Assembly (NCBI GenBank): GCA_905331295.1
Contig: CAJNYD010000221.1
Location: 1-46,598 of the forward strand
Reading direction: 5' to 3'
Origin: Rotaria socialis
Taxonomy: Eukaryota
Length of the DNA stretch: 46,598 nt
A model generated the notes under the pieces. The model saw nothing but the letters and a program-made list of their open reading frames with translations, was not told where the DNA came from and did not search any database. This document shows positions 24,321-37,573 of the stretch, one piece after another. The position numbers and the translations under genes were made by a program. The first letter of the stretch is position 1. Each line of letters opens with the position of its first letter.

Positions 24321-26105
24321 TATGCTTTGTATGGCGCTTCGAATGATATCGGCCAAACATAAACGTACTGTCAATTCGTTTTCTACAGAGCTCTCCAAAC
24401 GTATATCCACACTTGAGAGACGCATCTGTCCTATTGAAGCCATATCTAACCCTGTATTTGTCCATTAACCTCTGCTATATCTGATTCTTTATTTCTATCC
24501 TTAACCCTTAATTCTATATCTGATTCCTTATTTCTATCCTTAACCCTTAGTTCTATACCATACTACTTAATTCTGTGTAGTTTCTAAAAAAACGTTGTTT
24601 CCTGATTAACCCTTAACAGATTTCCAAGCTCAGCAAAATGAAAACCCAACATGGAACCTGAAATAAATCGACAGCCAATAGAGATTTAGTCATTATGCCG
24701 TGTGTCATAAGACCACGACACGACATATATCGCTCTCTCCGGAATATGCACATGTCGCGTAACCATTCGACGAGATCCACTTGAATAATCTAAAACAAAA
24801 GAAGAATTGATGTGAATTTTTGATTCTCGAATATAACTCACCAATTAGACAAAATCCATTTGAACAATCTAAAACAGAAAAGGAAACTTTAATATTAGTT
24901 TTTGATTCTTGAATGCTACGTACCATTCGGAGGAATGCCACTTAAGAAATTTGAAACAAGAATAATAGGCATAAGGTTTTAATTCTCGAATGTAACTTAC
25001 AAGTTCTGTGCAATTCATTTGAAGAAGTTAAAGAGAAAAATAAATTTTGGCATTATGTTTCAATTCTTCAATGTATTTTACTCGTTCAATGAAATCCATT
25101 TGAAGAATCCAAAAGAGAATTCCAATTGATATTGGTTTCTCATTCCATCCCTTGATTTTTAGGATAAAATCAGTCATATCTGAAACATACGGATTTTCGA
25201 GCCTTTAGAAACAAGCAATTTACTCTCGGAAACTCTTCAAGTGTTGATAAACATTCTCGAAAAACTCTAAAGGTTTGCAAAACGGTTTCCGAGAGAGCTT
25301 CAGTTTTCTATGAAACGATTATTTTTTTTTAAAGTAATTCCTTATGTCCGTCCTTACCTCGTATTCATTTAGGTAAACCCTAATTTCTAGTTTTAAGCCG
25401 AAATGATATTTTTAGCCCCTAAACTATATACTCAATGCCTTCTATTTACCGTGACCCGTCATATCTATCCTTAATCTATGAACTCGACATCGAACTCCTT
25501 CTTTCGATATCCACTCTCCTAAGAGTGTATATAAATTCTTATGACCGTCTAAGCTATTATATGCTTATGTAACACTTTTTTCTACGACAATCCTTTCAAA
25601 ACTGTAATCAACTCCTCATAAATATGTCGAGCTCGTTACAACTATATCTATTCCCTTGTAACTGTTTTTAATGACTTATAACTTTGCCAAAGCCCTTATT
25701 TCTATATGTCACTTGTGAAAACTATTGATCACCACATATATCTATATCGAAATTCTCATAACTCTATATAAATTATGAGCTGTATCCACATTGGGCCCAT
25801 GGAGTTTCAGGTGATACAAAAAAAGTTGTAAAACATATGTATTTTACTTTGAAGAAATAATTGAATGGTTTTGTATTAGTGTTAAACCGGTAACTCAATA
25901 CTTCAGCATTCGTGTTAGTTTAGTATTAGCATAATACAAGCACTTATCTTTCAATATTAGCTATTGGTAGATATATGTATTCAGTTGAAGTCTGAAAACA
26001 GAACAGGACTATTTTGTTAAGGCAACATCGATCGTCAAATCTCTTATACGAATTATCTGAGCACTTTATACTTATGTTCTTCTTTTGTTAAGAAGGTTGA
26101 TATAA

Positions 26106-26186
26106 TAGACATGATTTAATTCTCTTCTTTTATTTAATTTTAAATAATTTTAAATTAAATAAAAGAAGAGAATTAAATCATGTCTA
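26106..26186. repeat. Near-perfect AT-rich palindrome/hairpin
   Basis: tagacatgatttaattctcttcttttatttaattt ... aaattaaataaaagaagagaattaaatcatgtcta. Confidence 0.8.
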
Positions 26187-28981
26187 ATTTTTTCTTATGT
26201 AAGTCTTAAAGCTTAGATTTATTTGAAGCATATTTATATATTTCGAATCACCTATATCCATCGTAAACGTCATACATACTCTTAAGTTCTCAATATCTGT
26301 GCAGATCCGCCTCAAGTTATGTGTATCTCTTATATCCAAGGGGGGNNNNNNNNNNNNNNNNNNNNNNNNNNNNNNNNNNNNNNNNNNNNNNNNNNNNNNN
26401 NNNNNNNNNNNNNNNNNNNNNNNNNNNNNNNNNNNNNNNNNNNNNCAGGCTGCATTGTGTCCTTTTGGCCAAATTTCTATGGTACAAACGGATGACTGGT
26501 GACCTGTCACAAGTTCACATATTTGCTATCTTCTTCTTGGACAAATTATCCGCGCCAAGATGGATTTTCTCGCTTAGCTGAACGTGAGCTAATACGGTTC
26601 CGAGGCTCAGTGAGGAGTGACTTTTCTCAGTTGTAGATGTTTGCAAATAAGTTCTTCGAGGAAATAACGATCTTTCTCAATAGTTCCAGATGCTCTTTTC
26701 GGTGACACATCAATCAATTCAGTGATTAATACTACACAGTTTCCCGTTCTTCTCGAAACCCTGTTATTCATATCACATCTATATTATAACATATGCCACC
26801 CTCGCCAGTAAGCGAACTCAATTAAGATCCAATTGATTTCGCTTCAATATTTTGCAGTACCGTTCTCAACGCACTGTTCAAAATACTGACAAGCCACCTA
26901 ACAATGTGGACACCGACTTTTCATTGAAAATTTTCGGGTTACATTAAGATTTCAATCAAGTTCCTGTACCACGATCATACAGGCGATACATAGTACTACA
27001 AACACGCAGTAACAGAATTTCTCCATCAGCCACCACCCATTTGAGAAACCACCAACAGCCGAACTCATCGCAACCACACGATATACCTAAAACATCTACG
27101 TAAGCAAAAACACCGTAACCTTCACGTTCAAAACTAATCTACCCACACCATACCATGTTTTCAAAACAAAAATTTCAATCTGTCGAATTACTTCCGATTT
27201 TCAATCACAATATGGATTTCCACTAGACAAAATTACAACAAAAAATATATGATTCAATATAGACAACCGATATCAACCTTTCATTCATATATTCACCATT
27301 CAAAAAAGCTTCGTCACAAACACGCAAGCTACCTTATGTTCTCTCACCAAATATTGCGTGCAACCCGCCAACTAAACACTGCCAGTGACTTCAAACTCTA
27401 CACCAATGAACTCGACACTCACTTCTCATCATTGCCACCAAAAACAAAAAACGCCTCCAAATATCACAGTCACAGACATTCGCAAACCTACTAAACATTC
27501 CACAAGTCAACTCACACCAACAATATCCACAATACGAAACAAACCTACACTGACCAACAACCTAAAGCAATCCGCTTCTTCATCATCCAGTAATCACTAA
27601 ATGCATCGACAACAGCTCACTACAAGTGATGTTCGATGAGCTGACCCAATCGCAACGTTTGCTTCGAAGTGAGCAAAAGAGGTGAACAGAAGTATGATGA
27701 TGATGATGATAGCGAAGTAATGGAAAACGGACTGTCGTATCTCCTAGCGAAAGGTTAAGGTCAATCTGCTAATCTCAATCCTTGCTTTTCAGCAACCGTT
27801 TTTTGTGTGAAAAATTAAGGAGAGTTAATATGCTTGAACAAAAATTAATTCAAGTAATTGGAGAGTTTGATTTCGGCGAGTGTCTCGTGTATTTATTGAA
27901 TAATATGAAACACTGATCAGGGCTCTGCATTATAATAAGGAAAAAAGAAAAAAAGTTCAATGTTGTTAACTAAAAATGAATAAATGGTGAAATTAAGTGT
28001 ATGGTACTGACGATAATAATAGTAACAATAAACTAAAATCATCCGTAGGAAAAAACGCATTAGAAATCGAGGAAGTTTTTGAAAAAAGAAAGAAAAGCAC
28101 AGGCTGAATGAATAAGGATCATGTGTGAAAAGGTTTTTATTACAATTAAAAACGGTTTAAAAAAACGGAAGTAAAATACAAATACCTATATATTTGAAAA
28201 TAATGAATACCAGAGATAAATAAATGTAGAAATAATAGCTAATAGTTTGCTAGCGTCCTCAACTTGTATTTTAATCGTATCTAATTATATTCTTCGATAT
28301 TCAGTCAGTTGATTGAATTAACTCATATTTTATTGAATATTCGTGGTAAATTATAATTTTGAAACGCTAATAACATATTAGTTTGAGAATCGTGGTAGGA
28401 TATCCATTTTTAGTCAGTTGGACCATTAAATATCAATTCCCATTGATCTAGTGTGTTGGCTGCCTGACGGTGTGGGTGTGGGTATACAAAAACACATAGC
28501 AACAAAATATCCACGCTCACTTCATTAAAGATAATACTCATTAGCTTTCAAAGATAGACTTTTTTAAGCAATAGAACATTTTTAAATGAAAATTACAAAC
28601 CTCTTGTAACCATCTGTTGTGTTAATATAGTTGAATTTTTAATATGAGATTAAAATGTAAATAATCGAGAAACTCAATCGATATTTTTCTAAACTATATC
28701 AAATGTATGTCTTAATTCTTCTATTTATCATTAATCCTTAAAAATAGTATAAAGACAATTCATGAATCTTCAATATCTTAAAGACATGGTTAATCATGAT
28801 TACATTTTCTCATAATGATTGCTTCCTGTGAAGGATACGCATGAGAGCATCAACCAGGCCACTAGGCCTGCCTGCCTGTGACAGGCACAGGCTAGGATCT
28901 TAAGGCCTGGCCTGTCTCTATTTTTTTTATATATCATTCTATTTTCGATATAACCTTTTTTAAATTGTGGGTGGCGCTAAT

Positions 28982-29320
28982 TAGGGGTTGCACTTCAACT
29001 TTAAATTGACCGTAAAGTGCAGAGTTTAAAGTTGTTTAAAGTCACGTTTTAATGCTTTTTTTGGCGTTTTATCTGTTGCAGAGAGTCGCATAAGCATAAT
29101 TGAATACGTGAGTACAGTAAAATGTATCAAAAAGAAGCGTTTAAAGGCAACTTCAAACAAGTTTAAACTTTAAACTTTACGGTTAAAGTAAAGTTAAAGT
29201 GCCTACAGGTGTAAGCCGTCAATCGATGTTTGCTGAAGCCGACGGCTGACCGCCGGCGTTTTTGCTAGAGCCGACGTATTTCCCAGCTGACGGCTTACAC
29301 CTCTAAAAGTGCCACCCCTA
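28982..29320. mobile_element. hAT MITE nested in the 28843-29900 element
   Basis: TIR taggggt(t/g)gcactt; perfect 8-bp TSD gcgctaat (28974-28981, 29321-29328). Confidence 0.88.
29204..29305. mobile_element. 102-bp hAT MITE nested at the right end of the 28982-29320 MITE
   Basis: TIR ta(c/g)aggtgtaagccgtca; perfect 8-bp TSD aaagtgcc (29196-29203, 29306-29313). Confidence 0.88.
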
Positions 29321-29399
29321 GCGCTAATAATCAGATGATGTATAGAATAATGATATTTAAAAATGAACATAGAAGATATTCAGAAAATACCAAACCTGT

Positions 29400-29600
29400 T
29401 ACCTTTCTGGAAGCATTATCAGCAGAAGTTCCCATATTTATCATTACTTGCTCTTCATCTATTTTCGATACCTGTAACCTCCGCAGCTTTAGAAAGATTT
29501 TTTCGACTGTTGGACTAGCTGTAACAGAACGTCGTTCTACTTTGGATCCTCAAACTTTAAATGATATTCTCTTTGTGATATCCATTCAAAAGATTTTTGA
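29400..29600 (+). pseudogene. hAT transposase C-terminal dimerisation domain remnant
   Basis: Frameshifted LFSIPVTSAALERFF/STVGLAVTERRSTLDPQTLNDILFV matches the hATC signature SIPATSA.SER.FS..G......R..L.P. Confidence 0.85.
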
Positions 29601-30252
29601 ACAAAAACAAACTTTTTTCTTAAGGTTTTGCAATGCTGCCTCTGATGTATTTTTTTTTTGTATGAAAACTTCGATAAGTAAATGCTTAATCTAGTCATAT
29701 TAAATTAATTAAACTGGCTTTCTTCATTCTCAACATTAATTGCATGTTTCTATTCTATCCTCGTAATGGTATTAGCATAAAAAACATTGCCAGGCAGGCC
29801 AGGCCAAACAAATTAGTTGACAGGCACAGGCAGGCTTGAAATGCAAAGGCCTGTCACGTACCGGCCAGGCCTACAAAAACACGGCCTAGTTGATGCTCTG
29901 ATACACATAGTTAATTCATACGATTCATGGAAATACTTAGTTTTTCCTTCAATAAAGCAAACCACTAGTCTGTTATTAAAACAAAAATTTGCGAAATCGA
30001 AAATCGTCTTATTCTACGTATATACGAGCAATACTTATTCATTTCGTATGCGATATTCTATTTTCTAGATACTCGCCTTGTACTTTGCACCGCATTTCGC
30101 ATTCTAGCAAAACTTGAATATTATCTAGTTTCTTTTATTTGTTCTATTCTTCTAGTTAACAATACAATACACAATCAAAACAAAAAAAATGACCTCAACA
30201 TCGGCAATAAAAACTTTTTCATTATGATCATGTGATTGGATAGGTTTTNTCA

Positions 30253-30545
30253 TTTAGAAAAATTAAGAAGGTCAAATAAAAAATTGTTTTAGCAACAAAT
30301 TGACGTTTTGATTATACTAATTTATTAACAACATATGCATTTGGTGATGACTGTAAAAATTTATTTGATTTAATTATTGTTGCTTATAAAAAAAGCATTC
30401 ATATTCTAATGGTTAAAATCTATGCGATCCTTTCATCGATTTATTGATGAAAATAATATTATTCCAGTTACTATTGAATATATAATTACAGATTTTAATA
30501 AAAAGTTATATTTATTCATTTGGTAATAGTGAAGAATTAGAATTT
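30253..30545 (+). pseudogene. 5'-nucleotidase domain-containing (NT5DC/cN-II family, HAD) pseudogene fragment
   Basis: Across frameshifts and stops: LEKLRRSNKKLF/LATN*RFDYTNLLTTYAFGDDCKNLFDLIIVAYKK...RSFHRF...YSFGNSEEL, resembling the family motif KKLFL.TNS...YT..M.Y..G.DW..LFD.VIV.A.KP.FF. Confidence 0.6.
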
Positions 30546-31298
30546 GATTCATCTCCGATAATTATTCATACAACTGCTCATCATTTATCGAATCGATTAT
30601 CAACAAATGCCGATCAATCTTATATTAAAGGAAATCGATTACAATTTTTTTTTGCTTCACCATCCGATTCAATTATTTTCGATGATGATAATACAAATGA
30701 AACAAAATTTCAACAAACTGAACCTGATGCTATATTATCGTCTCTATCATCGTATTGGTATACTTATATAACAAAACATGCGCATTTAAGCTTAAGAGAC
30801 TGCCCCCTCCCCCTCAGGAATCGTTTTTCATTATTCGTGGACCGATTTGTCTGAAATTTTGAGGCAATGCATGTGTTGTATTAAATCAATTTCTTGTAAA
30901 ATTTCGGCTCATAAATGTTTTTCTTTAAAGAGTTATTCACAAATTAGTCCCCAAAATGATGGTGCTCGTAAGGTACCGATTTCTCGAACTGCCAAAGACG
31001 TAGAGAGCTACTTTTTTTTAAATGAAAGAAGAAACCTATGTCCAGAAATATATGTGGCAGTTGAGTTCAGAATTCAGTTGAGTTTGGAATATAATAGTTT
31101 GTAAGAAATTTATAGTGTTAATTATAGGTATAAATGATATGAAACTGAAAAATGAAAGTTTTTATTTCTGCAAATCATTGAAATATTGCTCCAAATGAGT
31201 TCTTATTCAGATGTAGGTAGAAAAATGTTTTTGTACAAAATAATAAAAATCGATTTCTTATTGGTTTTTTCTTGAGCAGTATTGTGGTACAAATAGAA

Positions 31299-31500
31299 AC
31301 ATTGAATAATTGTTGTATATGAATTCAGAATATTTTTTTTCTGATTTTCGTATTGTATTTATTTTAAAACTGAGGGACATGGGGACATTGAATAATTGTT
31401 GTATATGAATTCAGAATATTTTTTTTCTAATTTTCGTATTGTATTTATTTTAAAACTGAGGGACATGGGGACATTGAATAATTGTTGCATATGAACTAAA
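31299..31500. repeat. Tandem repeat, 86-bp unit, about 2.3 copies
   Basis: acattgaataattgttg starts at 31299, 31385 and 31471. Confidence 0.9.
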
Positions 31501-32961
31501 ACTTATTTTTTTAATGATTTTGTTTTCTTTTTTTTTAAATATAGAATTTCGAGAAATTAACTTATGTATTGATCAGTGGTACCTTAAATCTGTTAGTCGA
31601 TAGCCTTATGGTTATTTAGATAATTTTCTAAAAAACGAATATTGGTTTGTTATTGTATTAATACAGTTTACGTCGAATTATTAATTCTTCGGGAGTTTTC
31701 TTAACATGAATTCAGGAATGTTTATTTGGGACGTTGATAGAATGTTGAAAAAATAGTTTAATAAAGTAAGTCAATGTGTCTTCAAAACAGAACAGTTTCA
31801 AAAACCATCGTAACTTCATATAAAAATTGAATGTATGAAGGAGTCTTTTGTATAGAGTTTAAATCAGGGATATATTAAATGTTTGTGAAATTTTCTAGTA
31901 TAAGGGATCAGTGTTATTAGTTGTTTTTATTTTAAACATATCTTTAAGCATCATTGAAATTATCCTTTTAGCGCAATGTAGGATATCGTGTAAAGTAAAG
32001 TTCATAAGATTATTCATGTAGGGGTTCTTAGTTTCTTTCTATTGATTTTTCAATGAAGTTTGACTCTAGAATTTTCGTAAAAATGGTTTTTCGCAAGTTC
32101 TATATGATCCTGTTTCTTTGAAAAATATTGCGTCTTCATCTTGTGAATTATTAAAAAGTGCAGCTAGTAATTAAAAGAATACTTTTTGTGGTTATTAAGG
32201 ATTGTAAATTGATCAAGTTTTTTATTCGAAAAACAAAATTAGGTTATGAACTTGTGGAATAGATCGTGAATAGAAATAGAAATAGAAATTCACTAATGTT
32301 TTATCAATTTTTTTATTGTTTTGATCTCTTAATTCTGGAGATCAAACCGCATTTTTATGTGGAAATTTTATGAATATGTTATGTCTTTGTGAGTAGCGAG
32401 TAATCTGTGCCGTGCTTGATCGTAAAAAACAGTTGTATTCGTTCAAGCAGGAAATGCAGTGATTTTTTACTATCCCTTTTTAAATAGGCAGTTTCATGAA
32501 TTTTGCTCGCGAGTAATTTATTGGTGTGGAATTAAGTATAAAAAAGTTATGAATATTTATTTTTATTATTGTTTTTAGTGTGAGCCTGTGCAGATTATAG
32601 GATGAAAGAAACAGTACACTAATTGAATCATTTGATATGTGCGTCATCTTGCGGAGATGTGCGATCTTTTTATTTACTAGTGGTGACATATATGATTCAT
32701 ATATGAAGAATGAAATCATAGTTATCATTCAGTTTATATTTTAGCGTTCATTACTTCATTTTAATTTGATGGTTTGAAAACAAATTTTTTGGTACAATTG
32801 TTTATTAATTGAACTGTTCCACTATTATACAGATAGATTGTTAGAAATATGCAGATAACAAAAAAAAAAGAAAGTATGCATCTTGATGATTGAAAATGTT
32901 TCAAACATTTCGTTGAAAAAAAAATCATATAGTCCGAGTTTTGATTTGAAAGTTTTTATCA

Positions 32962-35900
32962 TCATTTGCGTTTTATTTTCTTCTTTTTAATTTCAATTGT
33001 TTTCGTTCTTCGTTTAGATTTTTGTGCACGAGCGGTATTACTGCTTAATGGTTCAGCATTTGATGATGCTGGATTAGAAATTGATGAATCTAAGAATATA
33101 AATGAAAATTAAGTTATATTCATTATTGAAATCATGTATTGAGAAGAAATAGTCCTTATGTCACATTTAGTAGTATGTTTGAAAATGTAACTTCATATGA
33201 TTCTGTTAAATAATAAGAAACTGTTGTTTCTCACGTTTTAGTGAATGTGACACAAAGAAGGTCAATTACCGTTAGTTTCAAAAGAAGGTCGAGCGATACT
33301 TGTCGAAGCGATATTCGATATATTATTTTGAAATCCGGTTAGAATATTTGTTACATTATCAAAATTATGAAGTGTCGTAGTTGAAACATGTCGTTCAGAA
33401 GTGTTCATGGTTGTTTTATTGTTAGTAGGAATAGTGATATTTTCTAATGGCATGATGATATCAGATGAACCAATAAATTGATTTTTCTGAGGATCTAATT
33501 TAGTATGATTTAATGATTCAGGAGATATTATATGACTGAATGAAGCTAAAATATGTCAGGAATATTTTTTTAATATTATATATCTATTAATTAATTCTTA
33601 CTATGCATGTTAGAATGGATCTTATCCGAGTTATTGTGGAGTTTATTAATGTATTTTAGAATAGAATCGTTAGTTGTCAGCATTGCTAGAAATAAATAAT
33701 TAGCATTGTATTGATTAATTATTTGGATCATACTTTCGCTGATATCTTCAAATTGATTAGTAGTCACCTGAACTGGTGTTGATTGGTTGTTGAATGTTAC
33801 GTTTTCAACGTTCGATGATAGCAAATTAGTTGTTAATGTGGAATTATTATTAAATTGTGTTTCAGCTTAAATGTAAATTTTTATTCATTTTTTTTATATT
33901 ATAGTTCAATATGTAATACTTAGCGTCTGCAGATTTGAATGCAATATTTCGATATGAGTTGGAGAACCTGAGATATTAACTGTTTGGCTTACGGAAGATA
34001 TTATTGATGGTGTGCGTGATTGAATTAATGTATTTGATAATTCAGTCTTAGGATTTTTCGACGCGTTTTGAATTGTTGGTTTTATGCCTAGTACAAAAGA
34101 ACGAGTGTATTAGTTTCCAAGTGTTTTTTTTTGTAATATAGTACATTTGTTTATACTAATTGAAGAATTGTTAGTGGTCGTTTCGATTGCTTGTGTTTCA
34201 ACATTAAGAGTCAGCTGTTCAGTATTAGAATTAATCGTAGTAGTATTAGAATCTAAATTTAATTGCTTTTAATATAGATTCTATCCAGAAAAAGGGATAA
34301 AATATATTGAGTAATCAAGACTTTGCCATGTGTCTTAAATGTTCATATAGCTAATAAATAGGAAAGTATCCTAGAGTATATTTAGTGTTTAGAAGTTAGT
34401 GTGAGACTAGTATCATAATTTTTATGTAGAAGTCATAAAGTAATTCCATTGTTCATTTGTATTATGAAAAGTTCTTATATCTGAAAGGTTACTTGATGTT
34501 TGTAAGTGAAATACATACTATTAAGAAATCGTTCGGGATATTTTTGTTTTAAGTTATTGAATAATGATTTATTATCAGATTGCAACAATACTTGCATAGA
34601 ATCGTTTGTTAGTATTTGTTTTTGCTTAATAGTACTATTATTCAAGTTTGTCATATAAGTTTTTAGATCTGATTTTGAGTCATTAAGTATTTGCTCAACA
34701 ATTTGTCGTTTTACAGGATTATTTAGTATGTTTGTCGATGGATAGCATTTCATATATACAGATGTATGTGATGTAGTTTGTATGTATGCTAAATGAGATC
34801 GGATTGAGATGAAAATATGTCAAAATAACAGTTTTATTAAAGTTATATTATTGATGGAAAAGTATCTGACTATAGCTATAATTGATTCTATAACTTACAC
34901 CCTTTTCGTATAAATTCATAATTTATTAATTCGTCGAGAGCTGTGTTGACCAGATCAGTTGGAAAACGTCGAAGTACTCCCATTGGTCCTGTTAAGTCAC
35001 GTTTCAGAAAAAACAATTGATTTATTTCGAATATATATTCACGAATTGTATTCAATGATGTTTGAACTATAAAGCGGTGAATTTATCATACAAATAATGA
35101 TAAAAGAATTTACTAGGCAATATCTGATTTCGAGTTGATAATTCGTTTGGAAGTAGTGGACTAGTATTATAAAGTTCGATGAACATTTTTCTTAGATAGT
35201 TGCAGAATAAATATCCAGCTAGTCGTGTACTAGATGATTGTATTTCCAAAACTAAGTTGGCAGATGGATACTTATTTTCAATTAATTGTGTCGTATTGCG
35301 AATAAAATTCAAACTGGTATCATCATATAAGAGTTGGTTTTGATCTTTCAAAATTCTATTTAATATAGAGATATTGTTTATTAACAAGCGAATGACATCA
35401 AAAGAATTATAATCAGAATGAAATCAGCTAGTTTGGGATGTTAATGTTGGCAGATTTACTTTAAATTGAATCAATGAGATTAGTGTTTCATGTTCTTTTT
35501 TTAAGGTGAAGATACTTTCAATTTCTCAAGTATTGGTTATCAAGTAGTTTTATTTTGAGAATTGTATAAATAGAATGATAAATGACTTTTTTTTGATTGA
35601 TTAGCACCAAAGGTATGATGTATTATAAAAATATTTAGTCGAATAGTTATAACTTACTGTAGTATTTCCAGTGAAATTTTTACAATTTGAGAAATGCCAG
35701 CTATTTTACATAAAATTTCAGCGGCTTTGCCAATTCGTGATGCATAATTAATGTCATCTGAATCATCATGTTGAGCTAATTCTTGATATTGGCGTATTTT
35801 ATTGTTGAATTTTTTTGTGCCATGTCGACTTAAAGTAAATATACGATCACCTAATAAACGACAGACAATTAATATTTGTGTTAGACTCGGCTGATTTTGA

Positions 35901-37573
35901 TTCATATTTTTCGCCGTTGTAGTTCCATATTCATCGTCGCTGATATCTTCTTCACTATCGTCATTGTCGTCATTATTGTCGTTATGATAATCTAGTGTTT
36001 GCGATTTAATACTATTTAAATCGTTTTTCTTCGGTATCGTGTAATGTAGAAACCTATTATTTTTAAAGAAATTAATGCATATAATTAATATGAATTGAAA
36101 GAAATTATATAAGTCAGAAATTCATTAGTGAGAATAAACTGAATTTTCTATTATGAATGATCGTTATTCACCGACTACTATTTCAATGTGTGAAGATAAT
36201 TTAAAAACTGTGATGCATTAAAAAAGCATTTAATTCATTATAATTGTTACATGAATCAGAAGCAATGAAATTTATGAAATCACGAAGCATTATGTAGAAT
36301 AATAAAAGTAAAAGTAATCGGTAGTTTTCATCGATTTGTTTACCGATGAGAAATCTAATATTTTCAGTCATGGTTACGGGTTTTTTAGTTGGGATCGTTG
36401 ATTTATAAAAATCATTCGCTAACCCTATTGATTTTTGGTCAACTGCGAATCCTAATACTCAGAAATAGTAGTAGTTAGAAATCGGATAAGTTGTTAGAAA
36501 TGAAAAAAAAGAATTCATTTTATTTCGTATTTTGGGATAAAATAAAATAAAATTATGAACTTCTATAGTGCGATTAATAAATAAAATAATCAAGTTTGGT
36601 ATAAGGACGGACATATTAAATTGTTTTAAGTAGAAATGCCTTTAACCTTTTTCAAAAGCAAGAATTATTCTAAGAATTGTTTCGTTAGAAGATATATTAT
36701 GAAATGTAAGGATAGATACATTTAAAAGAAGATTCTATTTTATCTTTTTAACAGCTGTTTTTTAGCTTAGGCAGTCTTATATGGTTGCTAAACAATGCAT
36801 AGTTTGAGTTACGTATCTGGTTTTCTTAGAAAATCTTATTACCGTTCTGAAAAACCATCTGTTTGATTTCCTTGTACATAATAGTCGATTAGACGATTCC
36901 ATAATCGACCAGTTGTCGCTCCAAGAAAAGACAAATGAGAGCTGACTTCAAGATGGTACGTCATAGTGTCCTTTGTTGTTGGTACAGTGCCGAAGAACTT
37001 GCATCCAGCTATTCTATCAGCAGCAGTACTATCGGAGAATGGTGAGTAAAAACCAAGAGTTAACAATGGTTTTTCCGCTTCATCTGACATTATAAATGCA
37101 TTGCTTTTAGCTAATTTAAGTGTTAATGATGCTATTGTGAAATCATCGATGATGCCGTAATTTTCGTTTGGAATGTTTAAGGCCTTCATAGTGTTGATTA
37201 TGGATCTTTTAACAGGTCCAATAATTTTAGTTTTACCAGAACCTAACGAAAGAAACACTGTTAAGAATTTTTAATTTTTTTATTTACCTGACGGGCCAAT
37301 TAGTAGTACAAAAATATTCAAATTAGTTGTTTGATTCGATATAGTAACTGTAGAGTTAGTTGCTAAATAGCCTACACTTGCAAATAATGATAATAGAGTA
37401 CCAATTGGATCAGTATCATTTATTGATTTAAGATTATTTAAAAGTTCACGTAGTAATAAAAACGATTCATCAAGTAAATCATCTATATTGATAGATATTT
37501 TTCGTGAATTTTGCAAGTTACGTCTCCAGATTAAATTTACAATTGATTGTTGATTTTTTAAAATTTTTGACAT
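32962..37573 (-). CDS. DUF3987/YfjI-like (MCM-related AAA+) P-loop ATPase, putative helicase, with a long S/T/N-rich tail; 11 exons, 857 aa
   Basis: Exons 37573-37288, 37242-36843, 36053-35658, 35355-35114, 35066-34899, 34788-34519, 34252-34145, 34087-33920, 33865-33734, 33545-33270, 33089-32962 (2574 nt, GT-AG, no stops). Walker A LIGPSGSGKT is split by intron 1. Also Walker B FIMSDE, LSFLGATT (sensor-1-like), DGFSERFL (Arg-finger-like) and a basic C-terminus KSKRRTKTIEIKKKKIKRK. The 3' exons are less certain. Confidence 0.75.

Larger units (their letters stand above)
28843..29900 (+). mobile_element. Internally deleted hAT transposon
   Basis: TIR (c/g)agagcatcaac(c/t)aggcc; TSD atacgcat / atacacat; aggcctg/acaggc subterminal repeats; retains a hATC remnant. 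Confidence 0.88.

Noticed and set aside
26800..27600. A/C-rich stretch with short ORFs suggestive of a retroelement remnant
   Set aside because: No RT or endonuclease motif could be recognised
31299..31500. Regularly spaced repeats resembling a CRISPR array
   Set aside because: Whole 86-bp units repeat with no unique spacers; eukaryotic context and no cas genes
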